Position numbers and translations under genes: made by a program. From contig JBGANV010000004.1 in assembly GCA_044222185.1 (NCBI GenBank), positions 288,001-352,000 of the forward strand: a stretch of 64,000 nt of DNA, read 5' to 3'. How positions within the stretch are numbered: position 1 is the first letter of the stretch; every line of letters begins with the position of its first letter. Below, one piece after another: positions 28,732 to 39,638 of the stretch. Source of the stretch: Planctomycetota bacterium. Lineage in GTDB: Bacteria > Planctomycetota > GCA-002687715 > CAIWVZ01. Below the pieces are notes generated by a model. It was not told where the DNA came from, ran no database searches, and saw only the letters and a program-made list of their open reading frames with translations.

Positions 28732-31700
28732 TCAGCCTTTCGTGAGGGTTTCGTCGAGGTTCAACAACACGTTCGCCACGACCAACATGGCGGCGAGATC
28801 CGCAGGCCGATCGGTCGCGCCGGCGAGGGCCGCGTCGAGCAGCCGCTTCGCCGATGCCGCGTCCGATGCCTGCGCGGTCCGCTCGGCGTCGAACAACGCC
28901 GTCAACGTGCGGACCTCGGCCTCCGTCGGCGCGCGCGCGACGCACGCGCGGAACGCCGTGCGGATCCAATCCGCGGGCTCGCTTCCGGCGGTCATCGCGC
29001 GGCGGGCGAGGGCGCCAGCGGCCTCGACGAAGGCCGGGTCATTCAGCGTCGTGAGAGCCTGGAGCGGCGTGTTCGTCCGCGGACGTCGCGTGCAGCTGAT
29101 CTCGCGGCTCGGCGCTCCGAACGCCGTGAACGACGGGTACGGGGCCGTACGGCGCCAGAACGTGTAGATCCCTCTCCGATGGCGATCGTCACCGACGCTC
29201 TCGGTCCATTTGTCGTTGCTGTAGATCATCGTCCACACGCCCTCGGGTTGGGGTGGGAAGACGCTCGGGCCGCCGACCTTTTCGCTGAGCAACCCCGCGG
29301 CCGACAGCGCCACGTCGCGGATCGTCTCCGCCTCGAGTCGCGTGCGCGGAGCGCGCGCGAGGAGCCGGTTCTCTGGATCTCGCTCCAACAGGTCGGCCCG
29401 AACCGTGGACGCCTGGCGATACGTCGACGACGTCACCAGGAGACGGATCATCGCCTTCTGGCTCCAGCCGGATCGGACGAATTCCGTCGCCAGCCAGTCG
29501 AGCAGCTCCGGATGCGTGGGCGCCTCTCCCTGAACGCCGAAGTCGTCGTCCGACTCCACGAGGCCTCGACCGAAGATCTGTGCCCACAGCCGGTTCATGG
29601 CCACGCGCGCGGTGAGGGGGTTCTTCCCGTCGACGAGCCAGCGCGCGAGGGCGAGACGGTCCGCCGCCGGGCCGTCGGGAAGCGAGCCGAGGAGCGGCGG
29701 CGTTCCCGGCGCCACCGCGTCGCCCTGGTCGAGGAAGCTTCCCCGGACGTGGATGTGAGTGGGCCGCGATTCGGGGAGCTTCCTCAAGACGGCGGCGCGC
29801 GCCGCGACCAGGGGACGCAGGGCCTCCCGGAGGCGGCTTCGCTCGCGCCGGGCGTCTTCGAGGATCTCCGTGCGCTCGGCGAAATGGTCGTGCAGGGCGC
29901 GGGCTTGAGCGGGCGTGCGCTCGGTGACCGGGACGACGACGGCCGCGCCGATCGCGAGCGGCAGCACCGGCGCGTGGTCGACGCCCGCATCGGCCGTCTG
30001 CGAAAGCCGGAACATGCGCAGCGTGTGGCGTTCGCCGTAGTCCTGGCGGAGGGTGACGACGAGGCGGCTGCCCACCGGGACGACGGGCGCGCCGTCGATC
30101 TTCAGCACGGCGACGTGCGGCTCGTGCGTGCGCGGACCGAACGCCCAGCCGGTCTTCGGGTCGCCATCGACGGCCGCGGCGATCGGCCACGCGGCGGGGC
30201 CGCCGAATCCCTGCTGCTCGAAGTCCGCCCACGTGGCGACGACCGTCATCGGTGCAAGCGCGTCGCCCGAGGACGCCTGGAGCGTGATCTCGGAGACGAC
30301 CGCGTTCGCGTTGTCCGCGCGGCCGACGTCGTCGTTCCAACTCGAGTCCGGAAACACCTCGAGTCGAAGCGCGGCGATCGGCGCGCCCGTCCCCTCGCAG
30401 GTCACCGTCAGGGTCTCGCGCTCTGAGTTTCGGCCGCCGACGAGCAGGCAACCGTCCGGTCGCACGGCGACATCGGCCCCGTTTGCGGAGACGGCGGAGA
30501 TGGGGCGCAGCACGGACCACGGGCGAAGCGCATCGCGCGTCTCCCGTTCCCACTCCGCCTGCGCGGCTGCGACCTCGGGCGTGACCCCCGCGATCTTCGC
30601 CTCGATGCGCGCGAGGTCGGACGATACCCGGTCGAACTGGGCGCGAGTTGCGGGAATCGGCACCTCCACGTGCGCGCCCGCAGCCCGCACGCCCGTCGCG
30701 TGGACGACGGCATCGGCCTCGTCGTCGTTGAACAACGCGAAGAGCGAGTAGTAGTCCCGCTGCGTGATCGGATCGCTCTTGTGGTCGTGGCACCGCGCGC
30801 ATCCGATCGTCATGCCGAGCCAGACGGTCGCCGTCGTCGCGACGCGGTCGGCGACGGTCTCCACGCGGAACTCCTCCGGATCGACGCCGCCCTCCTCGTT
30901 CACCATCGTGTTGCGGTGGAACCCCGTGGCGATCCGCTGCTCGACCGTCGGGTTGGGCCGGAGATCGCCCGCGAGCTGGTCGATCGTGAACTGGTCGAAT
31001 GGCTGATCGGCATTGAGCGCGGAGATGACCCAGTCGCGCCACGGCCACATGGAACGGCGATCGTCCTTCTCGTAGCCGTGAGTGTCCGCGTAGCGCGCCG
31101 CATCGAGCCACGGCCGTGCCCACCTCTCGCCGAAGTGCGGTGAGGCGAGGAGTCGATCGACGGCCCGGTCGTAGGCGGACGGGTGCGTGTCGGCCACGAA
31201 TGCGTCGACCTCCTCGACCGTCGGAGGGAGGCCGATGACGTCCAGGCTGAGTCGACGTAGAAGCGTGGCGCGGTCGGCCTCGGGCGATGGCACGACCTTC
31301 TCCCGCTCGAGGCGGGCCAGGATGAATGCGTCCACCGGATTTCGCGGCCAGTCGACGGCCAGGACCGCGGGAGGGTTGCGTCGCAAGGGCGGGCGCCACG
31401 CCCAATGCCAGTGGTCGCCCGGGTTCGCGCCGTCGGCGACGGACCATCGCGCGCCCTGCGTGACCCACGCATTCAGCGTTTCGACCTGCTCGCGCGTGAG
31501 AGCGCCTCCCTTGGGCGGCATCAGGTACCGCGCATCGTGGCTCTCGATCCGCGCGACGAGTTCGCTCGCTTGCGGGTCGCCGGGCGTGACGGCTGCTTTG
31601 CCGGACTTTCCGCCGCGGCGCAGTCCGTCCTCGCGATCGAGCGAGAGTCCGGCCTCTGGCTTCGTCCCGGCATGGCACGAGTAGCAGCGCCGCGCCAGGA

Positions 31701-32355
31701 TCGGCTGCACGTCCCGGGCGAAATCGACGAGCGCACCTCCGCGCGCGACCGGGGCGGGTGCCGGCGCGCGAGCGCCCGCCGCGACGAGAACCCGATCGAA
31801 GGCCTCGTCGAACGACTCGGGCCCATGGACGAGACACGCCCCGAGGTGTCCCGTGACGACCGAGCTGAGCACTGCGAGCCCGAGGGCGCCGCGGTAGAGC
31901 CGCAGGCGCCCGGGAAGCGGAACGCGGCGGGCCCGGACTCCGACCCAGAAGGCGACGACGGCCGCAGTGACGGTGGCGATTCCCAAGGCCCGGTGATCGG
32001 CGAGGAGCGCCGCCGTCGTTCCCTGGTGGCCGGCGGTCTCGGCGTCCGCGAAGCCGAGGAGCGCCGCGACGGCCGAGGATGCCACTCCGAGGGCCAGAAT
32101 TCGCGTGGACCATCGGCTCGGAACGAAGCGGCGCCGCCGCCCGTCGAACCACTCGAACGCCGCCGCGACGGCGATGAGCGCCACGGGGAAATGGACGACG
32201 GCCGGGTGGAACCGCCCGGCGAGCTGCCAGACCGCCGACCGCACCTCGGGCGTCAGCTGAAGTCCGGCGAGCCCTCCGGCCGCGGCGATCACGGAGACGA
32301 CGGCCAGCCATCGACTGGGTGAGGGGTGTCGGTTGCGTTGTCCGTCGTCGGTCAT
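28732..32355 (-). CDS. DUF2231 + planctomycete cytochrome c (PSCyt1/PSCyt2/PSD1) protein
   Basis: [73 protein letters not shown]. Confidence 0.92.
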   Translation of the reverse strand: MTDDGQRNRHPSPSRWLAVVSVIAAAGGLAGLQLTPEVRSAVWQLAGRFHPAVVHFPVALIAVAAAFEWFDGRRRRFVPSRWSTRILALGVASSAVAALLGFADAETAGHQGTTAALLADHRALGIATVTAAVVAFWVGVRARRVPLPGRLRLYRGALGLAVLSSVVTGHLGACLVHGPESFDEAFDRVLVAAGARAPAPAPVARGGALVDFARDVQPILARRCYSCHAGTKPEAGLSLDREDGLRRGGKSGKAAVTPGDPQASELVARIESHDARYLMPPKGGALTREQVETLNAWVTQGARWSVADGANPGDHWHWAWRPPLRRNPPAVLAVDWPRNPVDAFILARLEREKVVPSPEADRATLLRRLSLDVIGLPPTVEEVDAFVADTHPSAYDRAVDRLLASPHFGERWARPWLDAARYADTHGYEKDDRRSMWPWRDWVISALNADQPFDQFTIDQLAGDLRPNPTVEQRIATGFHRNTMVNEEGGVDPEEFRVETVADRVATTATVWLGMTIGCARCHDHKSDPITQRDYYSLFALFNDDEADAVVHATGVRAAGAHVEVPIPATRAQFDRVSSDLARIEAKIAGVTPEVAAAQAEWERETRDALRPWSVLRPISAVSANGADVAVRPDGCLLVGGRNSERETLTVTCEGTGAPIAALRLEVFPDSSWNDDVGRADNANAVVSEITLQASSGDALAPMTVVATWADFEQQGFGGPAAWPIAAAVDGDPKTGWAFGPRTHEPHVAVLKIDGAPVVPVGSRLVVTLRQDYGERHTLRMFRLSQTADAGVDHAPVLPLAIGAAVVVPVTERTPAQARALHDHFAERTEILEDARRERSRLREALRPLVAARAAVLRKLPESRPTHIHVRGSFLDQGDAVAPGTPPLLGSLPDGPAADRLALARWLVDGKNPLTARVAMNRLWAQIFGRGLVESDDDFGVQGEAPTHPELLDWLATEFVRSGWSQKAMIRLLVTSSTYRQASTVRADLLERDPENRLLARAPRTRLEAETIRDVALSAAGLLSEKVGGPSVFPPQPEGVWTMIYSNDKWTESVGDDRHRRGIYTFWRRTAPYPSFTAFGAPSREISCTRRPRTNTPLQALTTLNDPAFVEAAGALARRAMTAGSEPADWIRTAFRACVARAPTEAEVRTLTALFDAERTAQASDAASAKRLLDAALAGATDRPADLAAMLVVANVLLNLDETLTKG

Positions 32356-32555
32356 GGCGTTCGCGGGTCCGGGCGCGCCGAGTCTAAACCAAAGTGGCAG
32401 CGGCGTGTTGAGTCGATCCTCGCGTCGTTCGGGGGCGGCCGCGGCGGGCTGCGCGCCCGGAGGTTGAGAATCGCCCCGGCCGTAGCCACAGTCTGGCCCC
32501 GTCATGGGCGCGGTCGCGGGCGCGCGATGCCGCCAACGGGAAGAGGAGTTTCGCC

Positions 32556-34487
32556 ATGTCCGGAGCCGAGACGTCATCCGCTCAAGAGCACAAGTTCCAG
32601 GCCGAGGTCAGCAAGGTCCTGGACATCGTCATCCATTCGCTCTACAGCCACCGCGAGATCTTCCTGCGCGAGCTGATTTCGAACGGCGCCGACGCCATCG
32701 ACAAGCTGCGATTTCGCGGCGTGACCGAGCACGACCTGATCGGCGACGACAAGGATCTGGAGATCCGCATCGTTCCCGACCGCACGGCGCGCACGCTGAC
32801 CATCTCCGACAACGGCGTGGGCATGACGCAGGAAGAACTCGTCAAGAACCTGGGCACGATCGCGCACTCGGGTTCTCGTGAATTCCTCGAGGTCCTGAAG
32901 AAGCAGGGCGTGGGGTCGAACGGCCCCGAGCTGATCGGCCAGTTTGGCGTCGGGTTCTACAGCGCGTTCATCGTCGCCAACCTCGTCGAGGTCACGTCCC
33001 GCGCGGCCGGTACCGACCAGGCCTTCGTGTGGAAATCGGACGCTCGCGAGCGCTTCACGGTCGAGCCGGCGACGGCACCCGCCGGCCGCGGCACGAGCAT
33101 AACCCTGCACATGAAGGACGACTGCCTCGAGTTCCTCGACGAGTGGAGGCTTCGGGAACTCGTGCGCAAGTACTCGGACTTCGTGTCGTTCCCGATCAAG
33201 CTCGAAGTGACGCGCGAGGTCGGTGAGAAGGACGACAAGCACCCCGTCAAGTCGACGGAGACGGTGAATCGCGCCAGCGCGTTGTGGAAGCGGCCCAAGT
33301 CCGAGATCAAGCCCGAGGACTACGTCGAGTTCTACAAGCACCTGACGCACGACACCGAGGCGCCTGCGGACACCGTGCATTTCTCCATCGAGGGCACGCT
33401 CTCGTACACGGGCCTCTTGTTCATCCCGAAGCATGCGCCGTTCGACATGTTCGATCGGGATCGCAAGCGAGGCGCGCGGCTCTACGTGAAGCGCGTCTTC
33501 ATCATGGAGGACTGCGAGGACGTCATCCCCGAGTACCTGCGTTTCGTGCGCGGTGTGATCGACTCGGAGGACCTCCCGCTGAACGTGTCGCGCGAACTCC
33601 TTCAGGAGGATCGCGTGGTGAAGGCGATGCGGAAGACCGTGACGGCGAAAGTCCTCGCGGCTCTCGAGTACATGGCCGAGAGCAAGGCGGAGGAGTACCG
33701 CACCGTGTTCGGCGTCTTCGGGGCCGTACTCAAGGAAGGCCTCCACTTCGACTGGGAGAACAAGGACCGCATCGCCAAGCTCGTGCGCTACGCCAGTTCG
33801 CGTGAGGAGTTCACGTCGCTCGCCGACTACGTCAAGCGGATGAAGGAAGGCCAGGACGCGATCTACTACGCGTTCGGCGCGTCCCGCAAGGCCGTCGAGG
33901 GGAGTCCGCACATCGAGGCTCTCATCAAGCGGGGGTTCGAAGTTCTCTACATGACCGACCCGATCGACGAATGGGCGGTCGAGTCGATCCGCGAGTTCGA
34001 AGGCAAGAAGCTCGTCTCGGCGATGAAAGAGGACCTGGATCTCGAGACGGAGGAGAAGGACGGCGAGAAAGCCGAGGACACCAAGGCGAAGACGTCGCGG
34101 CTCGCATCGCTGATCGACCGCACGGAGGACATCCTGGAGGATCACGTGAAGGAGGTCCGGATCTCCACGCGCCTCACGGATTCGCCGTGTTGTCTCGTGG
34201 TTCCCGAGGGCGGCCTCCACTCGCACATCGAACGCATGCTGCGGTCGCAGGGGCGCGACGTCCCCGAGGCGAAGCGGATCCTCGAGATCAACGCGGATCA
34301 CCCCGTCATCAAGCGGCTCCACATCCTGAACGAGCTGGACCCCATGGGTGATCGCCTGAAGGACCTCGTGCACCTGCTCTACGATCAAGCTCTGCTCGCC
34401 GAGGGGAGCCCGATCGCGGACCCGCACCAGTTCGCGCGCCGCATGTCCGAGCTCATGACGCAGGCGCTCGGGCCCGACAAACCCTGA
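32556..34487 (+). CDS. htpG: Molecular chaperone HtpG (Hsp90)
   Basis: FQAEV, EIFLRELISN, NLGTIA.SG, IGQFGVGFYS, LPLNVSRE. Confidence 0.97.
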   Translation: MSGAETSSAQEHKFQAEVSKVLDIVIHSLYSHREIFLRELISNGADAIDKLRFRGVTEHDLIGDDKDLEIRIVPDRTARTLTISDNGVGMTQEELVKNLGTIAHSGSREFLEVLKKQGVGSNGPELIGQFGVGFYSAFIVANLVEVTSRAAGTDQAFVWKSDARERFTVEPATAPAGRGTSITLHMKDDCLEFLDEWRLRELVRKYSDFVSFPIKLEVTREVGEKDDKHPVKSTETVNRASALWKRPKSEIKPEDYVEFYKHLTHDTEAPADTVHFSIEGTLSYTGLLFIPKHAPFDMFDRDRKRGARLYVKRVFIMEDCEDVIPEYLRFVRGVIDSEDLPLNVSRELLQEDRVVKAMRKTVTAKVLAALEYMAESKAEEYRTVFGVFGAVLKEGLHFDWENKDRIAKLVRYASSREEFTSLADYVKRMKEGQDAIYYAFGASRKAVEGSPHIEALIKRGFEVLYMTDPIDEWAVESIREFEGKKLVSAMKEDLDLETEEKDGEKAEDTKAKTSRLASLIDRTEDILEDHVKEVRISTRLTDSPCCLVVPEGGLHSHIERMLRSQGRDVPEAKRILEINADHPVIKRLHILNELDPMGDRLKDLVHLLYDQALLAEGSPIADPHQFARRMSELMTQALGPDKP

Positions 34488-34517
34488 TCCGCGGTCGCTC
34501 ACAACCGGCGGATCGAG

Positions 34518-35291
34518 ATGAACCTCCTCCTCCTTTCACGCGACGAAGTCGACGGCGAAGGACGCGCGGTTCTCTCGGGACGCCGCGCGCGACACCTTTG
34601 CGAGGTGTTGAAGGTCCGACCCGGCACGCGCCTGCGCGCCGGGATCCTGGACGGGAACCTGGGCACGGTGGAGGTGGATCGGATCGCCGGTGACCGAGTC
34701 GAGATCCGCGGAGACTTCCCGGAGGTTCCTCCGCTGGGGACACGCGACACCCTGGTCCTCGCGGTGCCCCGGCCCAAGGCTCTCGCGCGGATCCTCGAGC
34801 ACGCCACGGCCCTCGGCTTTGCCCAGATCCTCCTCACGAGGAGCTGGCGTGTCGACCGGAGTCACCTCGGGTCCAGCATTCTGGATCCCGCGACCGTTCG
34901 CGAGCACCTCGTTGCCGGGCTCGAGCAGTCTCGCCGCACGCGGCTCCCGGTCGTGCGGCTGTTCGAACGCTTCCGCCCGTTCGTCGAGGACGAACTCCCG
35001 GCGCTCGTCGACGGCGCGAGCCGGTTCGTCGCACACCCGGCGGCTGCCACGCACGCCGCCGAGGTTCCAGTCGAGCCGGCCCGCCCGCTTGCGGTCGCCG
35101 TGGGCCCGGACGGAGGGTTCATCCCGTTCGAGGTCGCGCTGCTCGAGGCACGTGGGTTCATGCCCGTCTCCCTCGGACCCCACCCGCTTCGGACGGACGC
35201 GGCGGTCGTCGCGCTGCATTCCGCCCTCTCCGTCGTCAGGGAACTGGCGCAGCCGGGGCGGTCGGCGGCCGCACCGCGGAAACCGACGTGA
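34518..35291 (+). CDS. rsmE: 16S rRNA m3U1498 methyltransferase RsmE-like
   Basis: H...VLK, LAVPRPK, GLEQS, VGPDGGF, LG...LRTDAA SPOUT motifs. Confidence 0.8.
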   Translation: MNLLLLSRDEVDGEGRAVLSGRRARHLCEVLKVRPGTRLRAGILDGNLGTVEVDRIAGDRVEIRGDFPEVPPLGTRDTLVLAVPRPKALARILEHATALGFAQILLTRSWRVDRSHLGSSILDPATVREHLVAGLEQSRRTRLPVVRLFERFRPFVEDELPALVDGASRFVAHPAAATHAAEVPVEPARPLAVAVGPDGGFIPFEVALLEARGFMPVSLGPHPLRTDAAVVALHSALSVVRELAQPGRSAAAPRKPT

Positions 35292-35366
35292 CGTTCGGAG
35301 GCGTTCGGACCTTCATGGGGGATCGTCCGCGGGTTGCGGGGTGCGGTGCTGCGATCGACCCGCGAG

Positions 35367-35523
35367 CGTCACGGTTTCGTGACGAAGTTCGTGGGGCGTG
35401 CGCTCGCGACCAGGGCGGCGCCGGATTCACCTGTGTCATCCGTAACTCGCTCATCTCATTCCGCTTGCGCGGCTGCCGCGCGGGGCCGGCACATCGGGGC
35501 TGACCGCGGCATCCTGGTTGCAT
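35367..35523 (+). promoter_or_regulatory. Putative sigma54 promoter with upstream palindrome
   Basis: CGGCATCCTGGTTGCAT (GG 35508-35509, GC 35520-35521); palindrome CGTCACG-N4-CGTGACG at 35367-35384. Confidence 0.5.
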
Positions 35524-35582
35524 TGCGGGTGCGCGGCGACCGAGACGACGTCTCGAGTTCGCCTTTTCTCGGGAGTTTGCTC

Positions 35583-36551
35583 ATGAAGAGATCGCTGCGC
35601 ACCTCCGGCATGCTTTGGATCGCCGGGATCACCTTGTTGGTTGGCCAGGTTCACGCTCACGGGTTCGTCGGACCTCCTGGCGGGTCGACGCCGTTCGTCC
35701 CGGTGGGGGGCGGAAACGTCGGGCAGACGGGGCCCGTCGGCGGCGTCACGCCGCCGGCTCCAGGCCAGGGGGGAGGCACCCTGCCAGGTCGCCAGCTGAC
35801 CGGCGGCGGCGACCCGAGAGCTGCCACGGGTGGCACGTTCGCGGGCGGCGCGGCTGCCCGAGGCGGTGGCGGCCGCGGCACCGGCGGAACGACGGGCGCG
35901 GCGAAGCCGAAGAGCTTCGACGCGAAGTGGAAGGAACGCCTGCATGGCGCGTGGAAGGCCGCGTTCCTCCCGGTGATCCACCGCGACGGGTACGCCTCCA
36001 AGGTTGCCACGATCGACGAGGCCATGACGCTCGCTCCTGCGGAAGGCGGGTGGGCACGCGATCGTCGTCCGGCCGTCGTCATCACCTACGATTCGATGAA
36101 CCCCGAGCACGTCCGCGCGCTCGCCATGCTCGAGTCCGATGACCGGGTGCGCTCTGCGACTCACTTCTTCGACTGCTTCAAGGTCGACGTCGGCGGCGCG
36201 ACGCAGGAGAAGTCGCTGGACGTCAAGCTCTCGACGTATCGCGCCGACGGAACGTTCATCGAGACCGTCGCCGGGCAGCGCAAGCTGTCGGCGGCCTTCG
36301 ATCTGATGGAGCGCGCATGGAAGGCCGAGTCGAAGACCGAGCTGACCGATCGGCTTCCGAAGATGACGTCGCTGCTGAACGACCGCGCCCAGGTCCAAGA
36401 CTTCATCGCCGGGTGGGACGCCGCGATCGTCTGCCCGGATTGCGGTCATGAACGCGCCGACGCCATCGAGAACGTCGAGCGGGGCAAAGTCGGTCTTCGC
36501 GAGTGTGAAAAGCAGGTCGAGGCGCTCCGCGCCATCGCGTCTGCGAAGTGA
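35583..36551 (+). CDS. Secreted hypothetical protein with Gly/Pro-rich N-terminus and CPDC motif
   Basis: Signal peptide ending VHA-HG; GC3-biased codons; GGGAG RBS. Confidence 0.7.
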   Translation: MKRSLRTSGMLWIAGITLLVGQVHAHGFVGPPGGSTPFVPVGGGNVGQTGPVGGVTPPAPGQGGGTLPGRQLTGGGDPRAATGGTFAGGAAARGGGGRGTGGTTGAAKPKSFDAKWKERLHGAWKAAFLPVIHRDGYASKVATIDEAMTLAPAEGGWARDRRPAVVITYDSMNPEHVRALAMLESDDRVRSATHFFDCFKVDVGGATQEKSLDVKLSTYRADGTFIETVAGQRKLSAAFDLMERAWKAESKTELTDRLPKMTSLLNDRAQVQDFIAGWDAAIVCPDCGHERADAIENVERGKVGLRECEKQVEALRAIASAK

Positions 36552-36615
36552 TGGACGACTGGGTGTGGCGGGCCACGTGCGCGCCACACCGTCTGGGTGC
36601 AAAAGGCGGGTAGCG

Positions 36616-37818
36616 ATGGATCTCTCCTTCAGTGCGCGGTGCTGTGTTCGTGTCGTCCTGTCTGCCGTCGCGGCGACCCTGCTCGCGACGGCCCAGACGC
36701 AGCCCGCCCGGGTCCCCGACGGGACATCGCGTTTCGCACCACCTCCCATTCGAGCCGAAGGCGGCGCCGTCATCACGGCCTCCGCCGTCCTCTGCCGCCG
36801 CTGTGTGGATGAGAAGCTCCAGGCGCAGGGCTGTTGGACGCTGCCGGCGCGGCGAACGTTGCTTGGCCAGGACCCGATCGTGGTCGTCCCCTGGCTGACG
36901 CACCTCTTCGGCAAGGCCCCGATCGTGCTGCTGACGCCGCGCGTGACGCTCGTCGTCTGCTCGGACGGTGGCACCGTCGACGAGTTGTCTCCGCGCGAGG
37001 CCGAGATCCTGAAGGCATGGTTCCCGAAGAACGCGTCGCCGGCGCGCACCCTCGACGGACACCAGTACGCGCACCTCCTGGCCGAGCGCCTCATGGCCAT
37101 CGAAGCGCAGGTCGGCGAGATCCTGGATCTTGGTCCCGACGGTCGGGCCAAACCCGACTCGGGGCCCACGTCACCGTTCGCGAGCGATGCTTCCGAGTTG
37201 TTCGTGTTCTCGACGAAAGCGGCTTACGAGGCCTTCGTCTCCCACACGTTCGAAGCCGGCACCTGGCCCACGACGGCCGTGATGCTCGATTCGGGACCGA
37301 CGGCTGCGCTCCTCATCGAGGATCCGAAGTCGGTCTCCGATCGGCGCCGCTTCGCGTTCACGGCGACGAATCTCCTCGTCCGGGCGCTCTCTCGTGCGGG
37401 TGATGGGCTCCAGGCCTGGCTTCGCATCGGCCTTTCGCACGTCATCGAACAGCAGGTTCCGGGGAAGGTGGCGGCTCCGGGCGATTCGCAGACGCTCCCG
37501 CCGGACATGAAATCGCCACCGGACTGGCACGTGTTCACCCGCGAGTTGGCCAACTCGGGAAAGAGCGGCGTGCTCTCGGCACTGGCCGCATCGACCGAAC
37601 GCGGACTCTCGCTGCGTAGCCGGCTTCAGGCGGCGAGCGTGGTCCGGTGGCTGATCGAGTCGGACCCGGCCAGGTTCGGCGCCTTCATGCGCCGGCTGAT
37701 GTACGAGATGCCGACGACGCCTGCGGCGAAGGCTCTCCTGAACGCGTCACGTGCAGGCCTCGGGAAGGACACGGTGACGCTCGAGAGCGACTGGAAGCAG
37801 GCGATCCTCGCGAAGTAG
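36616..37818 (+). CDS. Secreted hypothetical protein with CRRC motif
   Basis: Signal-like N-terminus; coding-like codon usage. Confidence 0.65.
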   Translation: MDLSFSARCCVRVVLSAVAATLLATAQTQPARVPDGTSRFAPPPIRAEGGAVITASAVLCRRCVDEKLQAQGCWTLPARRTLLGQDPIVVVPWLTHLFGKAPIVLLTPRVTLVVCSDGGTVDELSPREAEILKAWFPKNASPARTLDGHQYAHLLAERLMAIEAQVGEILDLGPDGRAKPDSGPTSPFASDASELFVFSTKAAYEAFVSHTFEAGTWPTTAVMLDSGPTAALLIEDPKSVSDRRRFAFTATNLLVRALSRAGDGLQAWLRIGLSHVIEQQVPGKVAAPGDSQTLPPDMKSPPDWHVFTRELANSGKSGVLSALAASTERGLSLRSRLQAASVVRWLIESDPARFGAFMRRLMYEMPTTPAAKALLNASRAGLGKDTVTLESDWKQAILAK

Positions 37819-37822
37819 GAGC

Positions 37823-37851
37823 ACCGTCCGCCGCGGAGGGCGGCGGACGGT
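37823..37851. terminator. GC-rich hairpin between convergent genes
   Basis: ACCGTCCGCCGC-GGAGG-GCGGCGGACGGT, perfect 12-bp stem; no U-tract. Confidence 0.55.
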
Positions 37852-37863
37852 CGGGGGCATGGA

Positions 37864-38490
37864 TCAGCCGGCGACGCGCTTGATCGTGCAGCCTTCCGGC
37901 TTCGTGCTCGACGTCGTGAGCGGCTTGCCAGCGAGCAGGAGTTCGAGCGCGTCCTTCACGTACTCCTTGGTCACCTTGTCGCTCTTCCACGCGTCATCGG
38001 TGAGCGCGCCCACGTACACGACCTTCATGTCCTTCGTGTCGATGACGAAGAGGTGCGGCGTGACGAGCGCGTTGAACACGTCGGCGATCTTGTTGTCGGC
38101 ATCGAGCAGGACCGGGATCGCGATGTTCTGCTTCTTGACGTACGCCTTGGTCTTCTCGACGTCCGCCTCGGCCTTGTTCTCCGCCTTGTTGGCGGCGATG
38201 TGGACGAACTGCACGCCCTTGGTCGAGTAGTCCGTGTTCAGCTTGCCCAGGCGGGGCTCGGCGCCCTTGGCGGCCGGGCACTCCCGCGACCAGAAGTCGA
38301 TCACGATGTACTTCTTGTCGGTCGCCAGGCTCTTCAGCGACACGTCCTTGCCGTCGAGGTTCTTCAACGTGAAGTCGGCGACGACGGACCCGACGACGTA
38401 GCCCTTCGCCTTGGGCTCTTCCTTCTTCTCCTGCGCGATGGCAGCGAGCGGCAAACCGAGCGCGACGATCAGCATCAGACTGCGTTTCAT
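37864..38490 (-). CDS. Exported redoxin (AhpC/TSA-like thioredoxin fold)
   Basis: DFTLKNLDGK.VSL, FWSRECP, TPHLFVID, Y.GA, C-terminal GCTIK. Confidence 0.85.
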   Translation of the reverse strand: MKRSLMLIVALGLPLAAIAQEKKEEPKAKGYVVGSVVADFTLKNLDGKDVSLKSLATDKKYIVIDFWSRECPAAKGAEPRLGKLNTDYSTKGVQFVHIAANKAENKAEADVEKTKAYVKKQNIAIPVLLDADNKIADVFNALVTPHLFVIDTKDMKVVYVGALTDDAWKSDKVTKEYVKDALELLLAGKPLTTSSTKPEGCTIKRVAG

Positions 38491-38558
38491 GGTCATCCTC
38501 CAGGTTCCTCGTCGGCGAGGGCGTTCGTTCGATCCTTCTCAGGGCGTGCGGGGCGCGC

Positions 38559-39593
38559 TCATGCGTCCCGGAACGTGAATCGGTGCGTGACGGCGATCGG
38601 CTTGCCGTCGAGCTCACCGTAGGGGTTCAGGAAGAAGTTGTGTCGTTCGGATTTCGATGGCGGGGTGAGCGGAATGTCCCGCCCCGTCGTGAAAGCCACG
38701 CGGTCCTCCGACACGTTGCCGAAATAGTACTGCCGCGAGTCGGGGTTCTTTCGGGCCTGAGCGACGTCCACCGGAATCCAGCCCAGGTCAGCCACGTAGA
38801 ATTCGGCCCAGCTGTGATTTCCGGTGATCTCCTGGTCCTCGGACGTCGGCCCGGACGGAAGCAGCAACCCGCAGGTGAAGCGCGTGGGGATGCCGCGGGC
38901 GCGGGTGAGGCTCGTGAAGAGCGAGTGGAAGTCCATGGCGTCGCCGAAGCCGGCATCCGCGGCCCAGAGGCTGTCTCCCAGACCCCAACCCGCTCCGATG
39001 GTGCGGAACTCCATCGTGCGGAGCACGTCGTCGTAGACCGCTCGGGCCACGTTGATGGGGTTCTGCTCGCCGCGCGCCAGGCCGTCGGCACGGACCTTGA
39101 GACGCCCGGTCACGGGGACCCTCTCGTTGGGTCCGAGCTCCGCGGCGAGCGACGCCAGCTCCTGATCGTTCAACGCGCGAGGCGCGGTCTGGCGGAAACG
39201 GCTCGCGAGGATCTCGTGGCGTTCGAGCGTCCAGGCGATCCCGCATTCGATCGTCCCTCGCGGCGCGTCGACGTCGAGGTGAAGGAACGCGTTCTGATTC
39301 ACCGGCTCGACGCGGCGCGTGAGCGTCCCGACCTTCACCTCATCGGTCTTGACGTCGATGAGCGACTGGTTGTCGTCGAGTTTGGGGGCGGCGATCCACA
39401 GGTCGAGGTGCGCCGCATCGGATTCGGCTGGAACCTCGACCTTGGCGGTGACGCGCAAGACCGTCCGCCGGCGCGCGGGGAGTCGGACATCCGACCGCGC
39501 GGCCTGCGTGGAGAGCACGGGGGACGACGCCGCGTCCTGCGCCAGGACTGGCGCAAGAGCGATCGCGGCCCACGTGGCAATCAAGATGCGCAT
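38559..39593 (-). CDS. Transglutaminase-like domain protein (apparent catalytic Cys absent)
   Basis: DFHSLF...RARGIP.R, HSWAEFY...GWIPVD, YYFG; signal peptide. Confidence 0.85.
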   Translation of the reverse strand: MRILIATWAAIALAPVLAQDAASSPVLSTQAARSDVRLPARRRTVLRVTAKVEVPAESDAAHLDLWIAAPKLDDNQSLIDVKTDEVKVGTLTRRVEPVNQNAFLHLDVDAPRGTIECGIAWTLERHEILASRFRQTAPRALNDQELASLAAELGPNERVPVTGRLKVRADGLARGEQNPINVARAVYDDVLRTMEFRTIGAGWGLGDSLWAADAGFGDAMDFHSLFTSLTRARGIPTRFTCGLLLPSGPTSEDQEITGNHSWAEFYVADLGWIPVDVAQARKNPDSRQYYFGNVSEDRVAFTTGRDIPLTPPSKSERHNFFLNPYGELDGKPIAVTHRFTFRDA

Positions 39594-39638
39594 GGCGTCA
39601 CGATGAAGTGAGCTTCGAGACCTGGGGGCCTTCGTGCC

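Noticed and set aside
32574-34502. 642-aa ORF antisense to htpG
   Set aside because: Codon-mirror antisense ORF expected from strong GC3 bias; no independent motifs.
36430-36450. CPDCGH as a heme c site
   Set aside because: It is CxxCGH, not CxxCH.
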